Shown in pieces: positions 19,715-29,120 of a stretch of 64,000 nucleotides of DNA; positions within the stretch are counted from its first letter, which is position 1, and the number at the start of each line of letters is the position of its first letter. Under the pieces are notes generated by a model, which was not told the DNA's origin, made no database searches, and saw nothing but the letters and a program-made list of their open reading frames with translations. The position numbers were made by a program, and so were the translations under genes. Source of the stretch: Planctomycetota bacterium. GTDB lineage: Bacteria; Planctomycetota; JAJSAM01; JAJVHW01. The stretch lies in assembly GCA_965248445.1 (NCBI GenBank), contig CBDFJG010000001.1, positions 479,885 to 543,884 of the forward strand. Direction: 5' to 3'.

Positions 19715-22069
19715 GTGGGCGTCTCCATGCTCCGCGCGCTCGCCGCTCTCCAGCTGACAAGCGTCCTCCTCGGCTCCGCCGCGGCGGCTGACAGGGCTCC
19801 CATCACGGAGGCCGAGACACTGCTGGAGAGCAGCAAGGTGGAAGACCGTCTCCACGCGCTCGAGATCATGGAGGCGCTCGACCACTCGCCGCGCCTGATC
19901 AAGGCGCTCAAGAAGGCGATCGACGACGAGGACTGGGGAGTCCAGATCATCGCGGCCGAGCTGCTCGGCGAGAAGGGACAGAAGCAGGACGCATCGACGC
20001 TGGCCGCACTGGCCGTCAGCGGCGAGATCGAGTGGGTCCGCGATGCGGCCGCCAAAGCGCTCGGAGTGCTCGAGCCGAAGAAGGCCGCGGGCATGATCAT
20101 CGACCACAGCAAGAAGACGCGTGACGAGAAGCGGCGCGCGAACGCGCTGCGTGGCGCGGCTGCAGTCGCAACCGCCGATGACGACACCCGCATGGCGAAC
20201 TTCGCGAAGAACAAGGACATCTACATCGCTCGCGAGGCCGCTCGCGGGCTTGCGCTCGCTGCGCAGGATCCCGAGCGCCGCGAGAAGGTGATGAAGGCCC
20301 TCGCGGGCGTGCTCAAGTCCGGCAAGAAGAAGAAGCACTTCCTGGCGTACTCGACGGCCGTCGAGATCCTCGGCCGGGTCGACGACGCGGACGTGCGCGC
20401 GCGCCTCGTGCGCGAGGTCCTGCTGCCGGAGGACGACGACGGATACCTCCTCGAACGCGTGGGACGTGGGCTCTCGGCCGCCGGCGACGCCGCAGCGACC
20501 ACGGCGCTGCAGGCCGCGCGCCCAGCAGCCAAGAAACCACGGCAGCTGCGGCGGCTCATCCGGCTGGCTGCGCGCGCCCGCGCCGCCGGTATGGGCGCAG
20601 ACATCGAGAAGACACTCGGGCATGCCGACGAGCGCGTGCGGAGCGAGTCGACTCGTGCTCTCGGGATCTTCGAGGATCCCGCTTCGGAGAACGCACTGAT
20701 CGCGCGCCTCGACGACAGGAGTCGTTTCGTGCGCATCGAGGCCGTGACCGCATTGCGCCGTGTCATCCCGCGGGACAAGTTCTTCGCCCTCGGCGAGAAG
20801 ATCGCGAAGGACAAGGACGAGAAGGTCCGCGTCCAGTTCGTCGTCGAGTGCTACGACCTCATGAACCCGGCGGCCATCCCGGCACTCACGCCGTATCTCG
20901 AGGACAAGCACTGGCGCGTGGCGAGCGCCGCAGCCGCCGCCGTCGGGGCCATCGGCATCGAAGAGGAGATGCCGCTCCTCGTCCCGCTTCTGAAGCACAA
21001 GGACTGGCGCATTCGCGGTGCGGCCTACGAGGGTCTCGGGCGGCTGCGCACGGCACTGGCGCTGCCGAAGCTCATCGAAGGCCTGCGCGACCGCGATCCG
21101 ACCGTCAAGGGCGTCTGTCTCACCAACCTCCGCGTCCTGACGAGCTTGAAATGGGGCTACGACGCGGGCAAGTGGTCGGAGTGGGCCAAAGAGAACGCCG
21201 CAACGCTCGCAATCGAGAAGCGCAGCCGCAAAGCGAAGAAGGAGGAGAACGAGGACCGGTACGCGCGAAGAACACGCGACCAGGGCGTCGAGATCCTCCA
21301 GAAGGCCAGAATCCTCGTCGTGAAGGGCGCGTGGGACAAGGTCGAGGTCGTGCTCGAGCACCTCGACATCCCTCACACGCCGATGCGGGCGCAGGAACTG
21401 AAGACCGCGGGTCTCGGTCCGAACCAGATCCTGCTCGTGAACTGCGAGGGCAACGTCGACTCCGACACGTCCATGCGTATCGATTGGTACGTCAACGTCG
21501 GCGGCTACCTGATGACGACCGACTGGGCGCTGACCAAGACGGTCATGCCGATCTTCCCGGGCTACGTCACGCAATACGCGCGGTCATCCACAGGCAACGA
21601 CGTGGTCATCGTCGAGGAGGGCATCCCCGGCCACCCGTACACCGCGGGCATATTCGAAGGCGTGCCGGCGCTGCAGTGGTGGCTCGAGATCCAGGCCTTC
21701 CCCATCACGGTCGACTATCCCGAGCGGGTCGAGGTGCTCGTGGACAGCGCCGAGATGCGCCAGCGCTACGGGAGTTCCCCCATGGGCGTCGTGTTCCGCT
21801 CGGGGCTCGGCCGCGTGCAGCACTCGCTCAGCCACTTCGCGCTCCAGGAAGAGGGGATGCAGCACGCGAGCAAGTCCCGCGAGCGCATGATCTTCGCCGC
21901 CGACAATCTGGGCCTCTCGCTCGAGACGATCCGCAAGCTCTCCGAGGAGGGCGCATTCGACGGTCGATTGAGCGAGGAGACCATGAAGCAGATCGCGCCC
22001 GAGTACTCGATGTTCCGGATGATCGTCAACTACGTCGCCGAGAAGAGCCTCTGGGTCGAGGACCTCTGA
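19715..22069 (+). CDS. Secreted HEAT-repeat protein with C-terminal alpha/beta domain
   Basis: Repeated 'D..W.VR..AA.ALG' HEAT units; C-terminal 'ILVVKGAWD...LLVNC...GGYLMTTDWAL'. Confidence 0.8.
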   Translation: MGVSMLRALAALQLTSVLLGSAAAADRAPITEAETLLESSKVEDRLHALEIMEALDHSPRLIKALKKAIDDEDWGVQIIAAELLGEKGQKQDASTLAALAVSGEIEWVRDAAAKALGVLEPKKAAGMIIDHSKKTRDEKRRANALRGAAAVATADDDTRMANFAKNKDIYIAREAARGLALAAQDPERREKVMKALAGVLKSGKKKKHFLAYSTAVEILGRVDDADVRARLVREVLLPEDDDGYLLERVGRGLSAAGDAAATTALQAARPAAKKPRQLRRLIRLAARARAAGMGADIEKTLGHADERVRSESTRALGIFEDPASENALIARLDDRSRFVRIEAVTALRRVIPRDKFFALGEKIAKDKDEKVRVQFVVECYDLMNPAAIPALTPYLEDKHWRVASAAAAAVGAIGIEEEMPLLVPLLKHKDWRIRGAAYEGLGRLRTALALPKLIEGLRDRDPTVKGVCLTNLRVLTSLKWGYDAGKWSEWAKENAATLAIEKRSRKAKKEENEDRYARRTRDQGVEILQKARILVVKGAWDKVEVVLEHLDIPHTPMRAQELKTAGLGPNQILLVNCEGNVDSDTSMRIDWYVNVGGYLMTTDWALTKTVMPIFPGYVTQYARSSTGNDVVIVEEGIPGHPYTAGIFEGVPALQWWLEIQAFPITVDYPERVEVLVDSAEMRQRYGSSPMGVVFRSGLGRVQHSLSHFALQEEGMQHASKSRERMIFAADNLGLSLETIRKLSEEGAFDGRLSEETMKQIAPEYSMFRMIVNYVAEKSLWVEDL

Positions 22070-22135
22070 GGCCGGTCGGGCAGGACGCCCCCCGGTCGCC
22101 TGCGACCGGACCATCGGTGCGCCGCCGTCTCAGTG

Positions 22136-22573
22136 CTACTGCTTCTTCTTCTTCTTCAAGTACCCGCCGATGAACCAGCTGTGACCGGCGACCCCGTCCA
22201 CGCTCCCGAAGGCGAGCCTCTGGCCCTCGTCGAAGACGACCCCCGATGCGAGCGGGACGAAGAGTGTGTGGCCCGCAGGGACGGCGAGCGTCGTGATCGC
22301 ATGAGCGTCGTCGCGGAGCAGTGCCGCGTACGCCGCCTCGGTGGCGACGAAGTTCGTGATCAGCACGTCGGTCACGACCAGCTGCTGCCCCGGCGGGACC
22401 GTGTACCGGGTCTCGGTCGTGGTCCCGGCTTGCAAGAAGCCCGACTGGAGTTCGAACGTGTCGAGCACCTTACCTCTCTCCTTGATCACCGGCGTCCCCG
22501 CCAGGACCCCCGATGTGCTCAGCCAGGCCGCCACCACGATGGCCAGCCCGATCCAGACCGCATCTCGTCTCAT
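22136..22573 (-). CDS. Secreted hypothetical protein (paralog A)
   Basis: Signal peptide; shares 'AGTP.IKE.GKVL', 'TVP.GQQLVVTD.LI.N', 'WF.GGYLKK' with the neighbouring gene. Confidence 0.75.
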   Translation of the reverse strand: MRRDAVWIGLAIVVAAWLSTSGVLAGTPVIKERGKVLDTFELQSGFLQAGTTTETRYTVPPGQQLVVTDVLITNFVATEAAYAALLRDDAHAITTLAVPAGHTLFVPLASGVVFDEGQRLAFGSVDGVAGHSWFIGGYLKKKKKQ

Positions 22574-22771
22574 CCCCGTCTCCTCCTCCCGCCAACCCCA
22601 CGCCGACGATGCGACGGAGAGTAGACGACGGGCTCTGCGGGATGGGATTCGCAGTTCTCCGCTGAGCACTCCCCCGCGACGCAAGCGTCCGTTGCGCTCT
22701 GAACGCACGCGCGGCGGCGGGAGACTGCTCCCCCACCGCCGCTCCGGTTCTCTGCTTACTGTGGGTCTTGC

Positions 22772-23203
22772 CTACTTGGGCATCTTCTTCAGGTAGCCGC
22801 CAACGAACCAGCGCGTGGTGCCGCCGCTCTGTCCGTTGCGGATCTGCAGGGTGTCCCCCTCGTCGAACGCCAGCCCGGTGTTGAGATTGACCACCGCCGT
22901 GTCGCCGACCTGCACGGCAACGAGCGGGATCGCGTCCGTACCACTACGGAAGATCCTCTGACAGCAGACGTCTCCCGCGTTGCTGTTCGAGATCAAGATG
23001 TCGGTGACGACCAGCTGCTGGCCGGCCGGGACAGTGAACAGCGTGGCGCTCGTCGTCAGGTTGCCGACGTCCTGCAGCAGTTCCACGGTGCCGAGCACCT
23101 TGCCCTTCTCCTTGATCGCGGGTGTCCCGGCGTTCACCGCGGTCGTGACGAGCAGGCCGGCCGCGAGCACGGCTACGGCGATCCAACTGATGTTCTTCGA
23201 CAT
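22772..23203 (-). CDS. Secreted hypothetical protein (paralog B)
   Basis: Signal peptide; clear similarity to 22136-22573; SD GAGGAG. Confidence 0.75.
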   Translation of the reverse strand: MSKNISWIAVAVLAAGLLVTTAVNAGTPAIKEKGKVLGTVELLQDVGNLTTSATLFTVPAGQQLVVTDILISNSNAGDVCCQRIFRSGTDAIPLVAVQVGDTAVVNLNTGLAFDEGDTLQIRNGQSGGTTRWFVGGYLKKMPK

Positions 23204-23315
23204 CTTGCACTCCTCTCCCCGCCGGCCCCACGCCGACGCTTTGGGGCGAGAGTAAACCACCGGGGCGCTGGATGGGGATTCGAGTTGCGTCGGTCACTCC
23301 GGTTAGACATCGCAC

Positions 23316-24566
23316 ATGCGAGTCGATCTGCTGATCACGAACGCATCGGAACTGCTGACCATGGCGGACGGTCCGGACGGACCGCTGCGCGGTGCTGATC
23401 TGGCAGCGCCGGGGATCGTCGAGGACGGCGCCGTGGCGATTCGTGCGGGCACGATCGAAGCAGTCGGCACGACCGCGGAGCTGACCGCACGGTGTGAGCC
23501 GGATCACACGATCGACGCCGGGGGATGCGTCGTGTTACCGGGCTTCGTGGACCCGCACACACACTTGGTGTTCGGCCGCACGCGTGAGTACGAGTTCGAG
23601 AGGCGCTGCCTCGGACAGTCGTACGAGGAGATCGCCGCCGCCGGCGGCGGCATCCAGGCGTCCGCGCGGCGCTTCCGTGTCACGCCCCGAGAGGAGATCG
23701 TCGCCCAGGCCCGCGTGACGCGGCGGCGGGCGCTGCTGCACGGCACCACGACCATCGAGATCAAGTCCGGCTACGGCCTCTCGACAGAGACCGAGCTGCT
23801 CGCCCTCGAGATCGCCGGCGAGATCGACGACCGCGGCGACGTCGTGCGCACGTTCCTCGGCGCGCACGAAGTACCCGGCGAGTGGCGTCAGGACCGCGCG
23901 GGTTACGTCAAGCTCGTCGTCGAGGAGATGCTCCCCGCCGTCGCAGAGGGCGACCTCGCGCAATTCTGCGACGTGTTCTGCGAGGAGCACGTGTTCACGT
24001 GCGACGAGACACGCACCATCTCCGAGGCGGCCAAGGCGCTCGGACTGGGCATCAAACTGCACGCCGACGAACTCGCCGGAACCGGCGGCGCCGAACTCGC
24101 CGTGGAACTCGGAGCGACGTCCGCCGATCACCTGATGCGCGTGAGCGACGAGGGCATCGCGGCGCTCGCCGGAAGCGACACCGTCGCCGTGCTGCTGCCT
24201 GCGACGTCCTATTTCCTCGGCATGAAGCACTTCGCGCCGGCGCGCAAGATGATCGACGCCGGCTGCGCGGTCGCACTCGCCACGGACTGCAACCCCGGCT
24301 CGTCGATGACGGAGAACCCGCAGACCACGCTCACGACCGCGTGCATCGGGCTCTGCCTCCGCCCCATCGAGGCGCTGGCGATGATGACCCGCAACGCTGC
24401 CTACGCCCTGTCACTCGGGCATCGCGTCGGAAGGCTGGCTCCGGGTTATCGCGCTGACGTGCTGATCACCGACGCCGCGAACCACCGGCTGATCCCGTAT
24501 CACCACGGCGTGAACCACGTGAATACCGTGGTGCATCATGGTGAGGTCGTTGGCGAGGCCGGTTAG
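23316..24566 (+). CDS. hutI: Imidazolonepropionase
   Basis: 'PGFVDPHTHL', 'EIKSGYGL', 'DVFCE', 'HADEL', 'SADHL', 'ATDCNPGS'. Confidence 0.96.
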   Translation: MRVDLLITNASELLTMADGPDGPLRGADLAAPGIVEDGAVAIRAGTIEAVGTTAELTARCEPDHTIDAGGCVVLPGFVDPHTHLVFGRTREYEFERRCLGQSYEEIAAAGGGIQASARRFRVTPREEIVAQARVTRRRALLHGTTTIEIKSGYGLSTETELLALEIAGEIDDRGDVVRTFLGAHEVPGEWRQDRAGYVKLVVEEMLPAVAEGDLAQFCDVFCEEHVFTCDETRTISEAAKALGLGIKLHADELAGTGGAELAVELGATSADHLMRVSDEGIAALAGSDTVAVLLPATSYFLGMKHFAPARKMIDAGCAVALATDCNPGSSMTENPQTTLTTACIGLCLRPIEALAMMTRNAAYALSLGHRVGRLAPGYRADVLITDAANHRLIPYHHGVNHVNTVVHHGEVVGEAG

Positions 24567-25894
24567 TCGCGCAGTTCCGTCTGCAGCCAGTGCAGCGCCT
24601 TGCGCGCCTTGTCGACCGACATACCCGCCCAGCCGTGTCCGCCCGCGTACGTGTCGGTGGCGATGTTGGTCGACTTCTTGCCGAACCACTTCCGCGCCCG
24701 CTCCACGAAGATGTAGTTGCAGGTCTTGTCTTCGGGCGAATGCAAGATGAACCGCGGCCGCTTCTTGCCGATGCGTTTGCTGTCCATCTGGTCTTGCTTG
24801 AACACGGACATCACGACCAGCGACGCCGTCACGGGGGTTCTCCTCAAGGTGTGGATGCGATAGCACGCGGGGCCGCTCGACGACCACGACACCGTGATGA
24901 CACGCCGTGGGTCGATCTTCACGCGTGAGGAGAGGTCCTCGACGACAGAAGCGACGAACTCCTCTGTCGTGAACTTCATCTTGTCGACCTTCGACTTTTC
25001 GGTCGGCCAGATGATCTGCTGCTCCGGCGTCCACTTCTTCGCGACGAGTTCGGCCATGACCACGCCGGCACCGACCCAGTCCTGGTAGCGCTCCTCGCAC
25101 CACGCGCGGAACTCGGCGTTCCCCGACCCGCCCGGCAGAACAAGCACGAGCGCATACCCTGCGTCGGGTGCCGGATCGCGGTGCTTCGGGCCGAACTGGA
25201 AGTACTCCATGCCTTCCTTGTCCGGGACCACGTGCTCGGCGGATGCCTTCGGCAACGGCGTCTTCTCGAACGTGAACGTCTCGTGCTCGTCGCCGACGAC
25301 GGTGAATCCGCGAGCGGTCCACCCCGGTCCCGGATAGCGCACGCGCACGGTTGCCCGGTCCCCCGCCTCGAACCACGTCACCGCGAGTTCGCCCTTCGCG
25401 TCCGTACGCTGTGTGAACGGGTAGGCGGCATTCCCGTGTACCGAATGCAGCGCAGCGTCTTTCGTGAAACGCGCGGCGGGATAGACCTCGACGTTCGCGG
25501 CGGGCTTGCCGTCGTCGAGGAAGCGCAGCGTCACCGGGTGCCCCGGCGTCAGGTCGAGCGTGAAGTCGTCGGCGAAAACGCCGGTGTCCGACTCCAGGTA
25601 CGGCGCCTGCAGCGCCCCACCGGGCGCGACGGTTGCGATCCACGCGCCGAACCACCCGCCGACGGCGGGAAGCGCGTTCGGCATCACGAACTTGCCGTCG
25701 GCGCCGGTCTTCCCCTCGTGAGTCAGCATCGTGAACTTACCGTCCGGGCGAGACTTGACGACGGCGGTGACGACCGCGCCCTCTGCGGGCTTGCCATCGA
25801 CGGTCACCGATCCATCGAGCTCTCTCTCTCCGGCGGCCAGCGCGAGCGCCGCGAGTGATACAGCGGCGAACGCGGCGAACACGATGCGACTCAT
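24563..25894 (-). CDS. Secreted protein: N-terminal Ig/carboxypeptidase-regulatory-like domains plus alpha/beta-hydrolase (esterase-like)
   Basis: Signal peptide; nucleophile elbow variant 'VSWSSSG', 'HSPEDKT' Asp, 'YAGGHGW' His. Confidence 0.7.
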   Translation of the reverse strand: MSRIVFAAFAAVSLAALALAAGERELDGSVTVDGKPAEGAVVTAVVKSRPDGKFTMLTHEGKTGADGKFVMPNALPAVGGWFGAWIATVAPGGALQAPYLESDTGVFADDFTLDLTPGHPVTLRFLDDGKPAANVEVYPAARFTKDAALHSVHGNAAYPFTQRTDAKGELAVTWFEAGDRATVRVRYPGPGWTARGFTVVGDEHETFTFEKTPLPKASAEHVVPDKEGMEYFQFGPKHRDPAPDAGYALVLVLPGGSGNAEFRAWCEERYQDWVGAGVVMAELVAKKWTPEQQIIWPTEKSKVDKMKFTTEEFVASVVEDLSSRVKIDPRRVITVSWSSSGPACYRIHTLRRTPVTASLVVMSVFKQDQMDSKRIGKKRPRFILHSPEDKTCNYIFVERARKWFGKKSTNIATDTYAGGHGWAGMSVDKARKALHWLQTELRD

Positions 25895-26397
25895 GCGAGA
25901 CCCTCCGATGGCGAGGCGTCATCGCCTCCGGGCCGGCGCGCAATCCGGCGGAGCGCTGCACGGACCACCGCGCTGACCAAGTACATGATGAGCGCCGCGC
26001 TGACGAATGTGCCCACCGCGTGTGCGGGTTCAGGCCACCATCGGACCACGAGAACGAGCGCGCCCGCCCAGCCGGCCACTACGGCCAGGTAGGCCGTTGC
26101 CAACAACGTCAAATGGACGCGTGATCGCTGGCTCTCCATCCACGCCTCATGCCGCGCGGAGGTCTCTTGCAGCACGACGCCGCGCAGACACCCGATCACG
26201 AGCACGGCGGGCCACGCGAGCAGGAACGCCACGCCGTAGCGCGAGAAGAGATCGCGTGGATCCGACAGCTCGGCGCCGGATCGGCGCCCGCCCCAGTCGA
26301 GAACCTCGATTCCCTCGGACGGCAGGACCGTGCCGAGACCGACGACCGTCACCAGGCCGACCGCTCCGATCACGAACCAGCCGCGCGAGAACAGCAT
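25891..26397 (-). CDS. Membrane protein of unknown function
   Basis: Four hydrophobic segments; stop overlaps the next ATG. Confidence 0.55.
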   Translation of the reverse strand: MLFSRGWFVIGAVGLVTVVGLGTVLPSEGIEVLDWGGRRSGAELSDPRDLFSRYGVAFLLAWPAVLVIGCLRGVVLQETSARHEAWMESQRSRVHLTLLATAYLAVVAGWAGALVLVVRWWPEPAHAVGTFVSAALIMYLVSAVVRAALRRIARRPGGDDASPSEGLA

Positions 26398-26564
26398 CGC
26401 CTGGAGACCGGAAGACGACTCCAGCACCCGGGCAGGGCGTCTTGGTCCGGCGACCGGGCGTTCCATGCGCCACAGCTTAGCCCATCGGCAACCGCGCGAC
26501 GCTCCGCCACGACTGCGCCCTCGGCCGCAGGCGGCGTACCCTGCCGCGTTCCGGAGGAGATGAC

Positions 26565-28079
26565 ATGCCGCTCGTCGAGTGCGTACCCAACTTCAGTGAA
26601 GGCCGCCGGCCCGATGTCGTGCAGGCGATCCAGGCCGCGATCGCGTCCGCGGAGGGCGTCACGGTCGTCGGCTGCGAGATGGACGCGGACCACAACCGCG
26701 CCGTCGTCACGCTGCTCGGCGAGGTCGAGGCCGTCAAGGAGGGCGCGTTCCGCGGCATCGCCAAGGCCACCGAGCTGATCGACCTGCGGGAACATGAGGG
26801 CGCGCACCCGCGCATGGGCGCGACCGATGTCGTGCCGTTCGTACCGCTCGGCGACACACCGATGCAGGTCTGCGTCGATGCCGCGCAGGACCTCGCACGA
26901 CGTGTGGGCGACGAGCTTTCGATCCCCGTGTACCTGTACGAGAATGCGGCTGTACGCGAGGGACGCCGCGGGCTCGCGAAGATCCGGAAGGGCCAGTTCG
27001 AGAAGCTCAGCGAGTTGATCGGGACGGACCCCGACCGCGAACCGGACCACGGTCCGCACGCGATTCACGAGAGCGCGGGCGCGACGGCGATCGGCGCCCG
27101 GTTCTTCCTGGTCGCCTACAACGTGAACCTCGCGTCGAACGACGTCGCGCTCGCCAAGGAGATCGGCAAGACGATCCGCGAGAAGAACGGCGGTCTGCCG
27201 GGTGTGAAGTCGATGGGCTTCCACCTCGAGGAGCGTGACCTTGCACAGGTCTCGATGAACCTCGTGGATTACCGCAAGACCTCACCGGGCGCCGCGTTCG
27301 AGGAGATCCGGCGGCTGGCCGGGGCGAAGGGTGTCGAGATCCTCGAGAGCGAGGTGATCGGTCTGATCCCGCAGGCGGCGATCACGCAGTCGTTCGTCGA
27401 CATGACGAAGCCCGCAGGCTGGACCGGTGAGGAGGTCATCGAGAGCCGGTTGCCGAAGCCGGACGCTCTGTCCTCGGCCGGTCCGTTCCTCGACGCGCTC
27501 TCGTCGGCCGCACCGACGCCCGGCGGTGGATCCGCAGCCGCGCTGGTCGGCGCCGCGGGCGCGGCGCTCGTCGCGATGGTCACGAACCTGACGATCGGCA
27601 GGAAGAAGTACGCCGAGGTCGAGGACGAGATGCGCGCGTTGCGCACGCAGTCGCTCGCGTTGCAGCGGTCGATGGACGCGCTTGTCCGGCGGGACGCCGA
27701 GGCCTACGCCGGCTTCATGGTCGCGATGAAGCTCCCCAAGGAGACCGGCGCCGACAAGGCCGCGCGCAAGGACGCGATGGCGGCAGCGGCGGTCGTCGCA
27801 GCCGAGGTGCCGCTCGAGACGATGCGCCAGGCCGTCGCGGTGATGGAACTCGCGGTCACCGCCGCTGCCAAGGGCAACCGCAACGCCGCGTCGGACGGCG
27901 GCGTGGGCGCACTGCTCGCCCGCGCAGCGCTCCGCGCCGCGGATCTGAACGTCCGCATCAACCTGCCGTCGGTCAAGGATGAGGAACTGCGGGTTCGGCT
28001 CGCAGACGAAGCCGCGGCGCTGTCCGCGCGCGCCGAGACGCTCGAGAACGACGCGCTCGCCGCAACCGGCCTCCTCTGA
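26565..28079 (+). CDS. ftcd: Glutamate formimidoyltransferase / formiminotetrahydrofolate cyclodeaminase fusion
   Basis: 'LVECVPNFSEGR', 'HPRMGATDVVPF', C-terminal 'APTPGGGSAAA', 'GNRNAASD', 'NVRINL'. Confidence 0.94.
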   Translation: MPLVECVPNFSEGRRPDVVQAIQAAIASAEGVTVVGCEMDADHNRAVVTLLGEVEAVKEGAFRGIAKATELIDLREHEGAHPRMGATDVVPFVPLGDTPMQVCVDAAQDLARRVGDELSIPVYLYENAAVREGRRGLAKIRKGQFEKLSELIGTDPDREPDHGPHAIHESAGATAIGARFFLVAYNVNLASNDVALAKEIGKTIREKNGGLPGVKSMGFHLEERDLAQVSMNLVDYRKTSPGAAFEEIRRLAGAKGVEILESEVIGLIPQAAITQSFVDMTKPAGWTGEEVIESRLPKPDALSSAGPFLDALSSAAPTPGGGSAAALVGAAGAALVAMVTNLTIGRKKYAEVEDEMRALRTQSLALQRSMDALVRRDAEAYAGFMVAMKLPKETGADKAARKDAMAAAAVVAAEVPLETMRQAVAVMELAVTAAAKGNRNAASDGGVGALLARAALRAADLNVRINLPSVKDEELRVRLADEAAALSARAETLENDALAATGLL

Positions 28080-28175
28080 GATCGCGCTCGTCTGTTGAGA
28101 CTGACGCTTCGTGCGTGGGCAAGCGCCGCGCCCTGTCGCGATACGCGGCACCCCCTTTTCGTGCCCGCGCGTCGT

Positions 28176-28184
28176 TGGTATCTT
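28176..28184 (+). promoter_or_regulatory. Putative extended -10 promoter element
   Basis: TGgTATCTT matches TGnTAnnnT in an intergenic region, upstream of hairpins and a terminator. Confidence 0.45.
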
Positions 28185-28332
28185 GCTGCCCAGAAGTGTC
28201 GGACAGCCGTGTCCGGCACGGGCGAGAGTCCTGAACGGCGGCCTGCCACGGCTACCCGGAGGGAGTGGCCCGAGGCCTCCTAACAGCGGAAATCGGTACC
28301 GCAGCGAGAGGCCTCACTGAGAGGAGGTGATC

Positions 28333-28371
28333 ATGTCAAGTGGCTGTAATCGGAGGCTGTCCGCCGGGTAG
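28333..28371 (+). CDS. Putative 12-aa peptide MSSGCNRRLSAG
   Basis: ATG directly after GAGGAGGTGATC; TAG at 28369-28371. Confidence 0.35.
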   Translation: MSSGCNRRLSAG

Positions 28372-28410
28372 GCTGACGTGCCAGCCCGGCAGGGCAGCAG
28401 ACTAGACATG

Positions 28411-28451
28411 CAGGGGCGGCGTTCCTTCCGGGGCGTCGCCCCTGTTCCTTT
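28411..28451 (+). terminator. Rho-independent terminator-like hairpin
   Basis: CAGGGGCGGCGTTCC-TTCC-GGGGCGTCGCCCCTG (15-bp stem including G-U pairs) followed by TTCCTTT. Confidence 0.7.
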
Positions 28452-28553
28452 GGTTCAACGGCTTGCGCCTGCGCCGCACCCCGCTCACGGGCGGGAGAGT
28501 GGGCACAGTCCGCCCGGCGACGCGCGGGTGCTGAGCAGAGTCCTGACCCCGGC

Positions 28554-29120
28554 TCAGCGATCGAGCTTCGACAGCACGGCGCGGTTGCCGAGGACGTAGT
28601 CGAACAGCGACAGCAGCGTGACGCCCGCGACCACCCACATCAGTGGGTTCGCGAGGCTCAGGCGCACCCACTCGTCGTCCTTGTCGATCACCTCGGGGAA
28701 CGCGCGCGCGGCGACGATCACGATGATCGCCGTCGCCTGCACGATCGCCTTCAGCTTGCCGCTCCAGCGGGCCGATACGATCACGCCCTGGCTCGCGGCG
28801 AAGATGCGCACCGTCGAGACGATCGCGTCGCGATAGAAGATCAGCGCGATCGCCCAGACCGACGCGTAGCCCAGCACCAGGAACGCCAGGAACACGGTGA
28901 ACCGGCTCACCGAGTCGGCGAGCGGGTCCAGGATCTTGCCGAGCTGACTCACCTGTTCCAGGCGCCGCGCCAGGAACCCGTCCGCCAGATCCGTGAACTC
29001 GAACGTCAGTACGAGCACGAGGGCGATCCACTTCCCGGACGGCGCTTCAGTCAAGAACGCCCACAGGAAGAACGGCGCACCGAGCAGCCGGCAGAGCGAC
29101 AGGATGTTCGGGATCTTCAT
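28554..29120 (-). CDS. pgsA: CDP-diacylglycerol--glycerol-3-phosphate 3-phosphatidyltransferase
   Basis: 'IPNILSLCR', 'TDLADGFLARR...GKILDPLAD', 'GKLKA'. Confidence 0.88.
   Translation of the reverse strand: MKIPNILSLCRLLGAPFFLWAFLTEAPSGKWIALVLVLTFEFTDLADGFLARRLEQVSQLGKILDPLADSVSRFTVFLAFLVLGYASVWAIALIFYRDAIVSTVRIFAASQGVIVSARWSGKLKAIVQATAIIVIVAARAFPEVIDKDDEWVRLSLANPLMWVVAGVTLLSLFDYVLGNRAVLSKLDR

Larger units (their letters stand above)
28191..28451 (+). ncRNA. Putative structured small RNA / small-ORF transcript
   Basis: Promoter-like element, several hairpins, AGGAGGTGATC, ORF 28333-28371, terminator; no long credible ORF. Confidence 0.5.
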
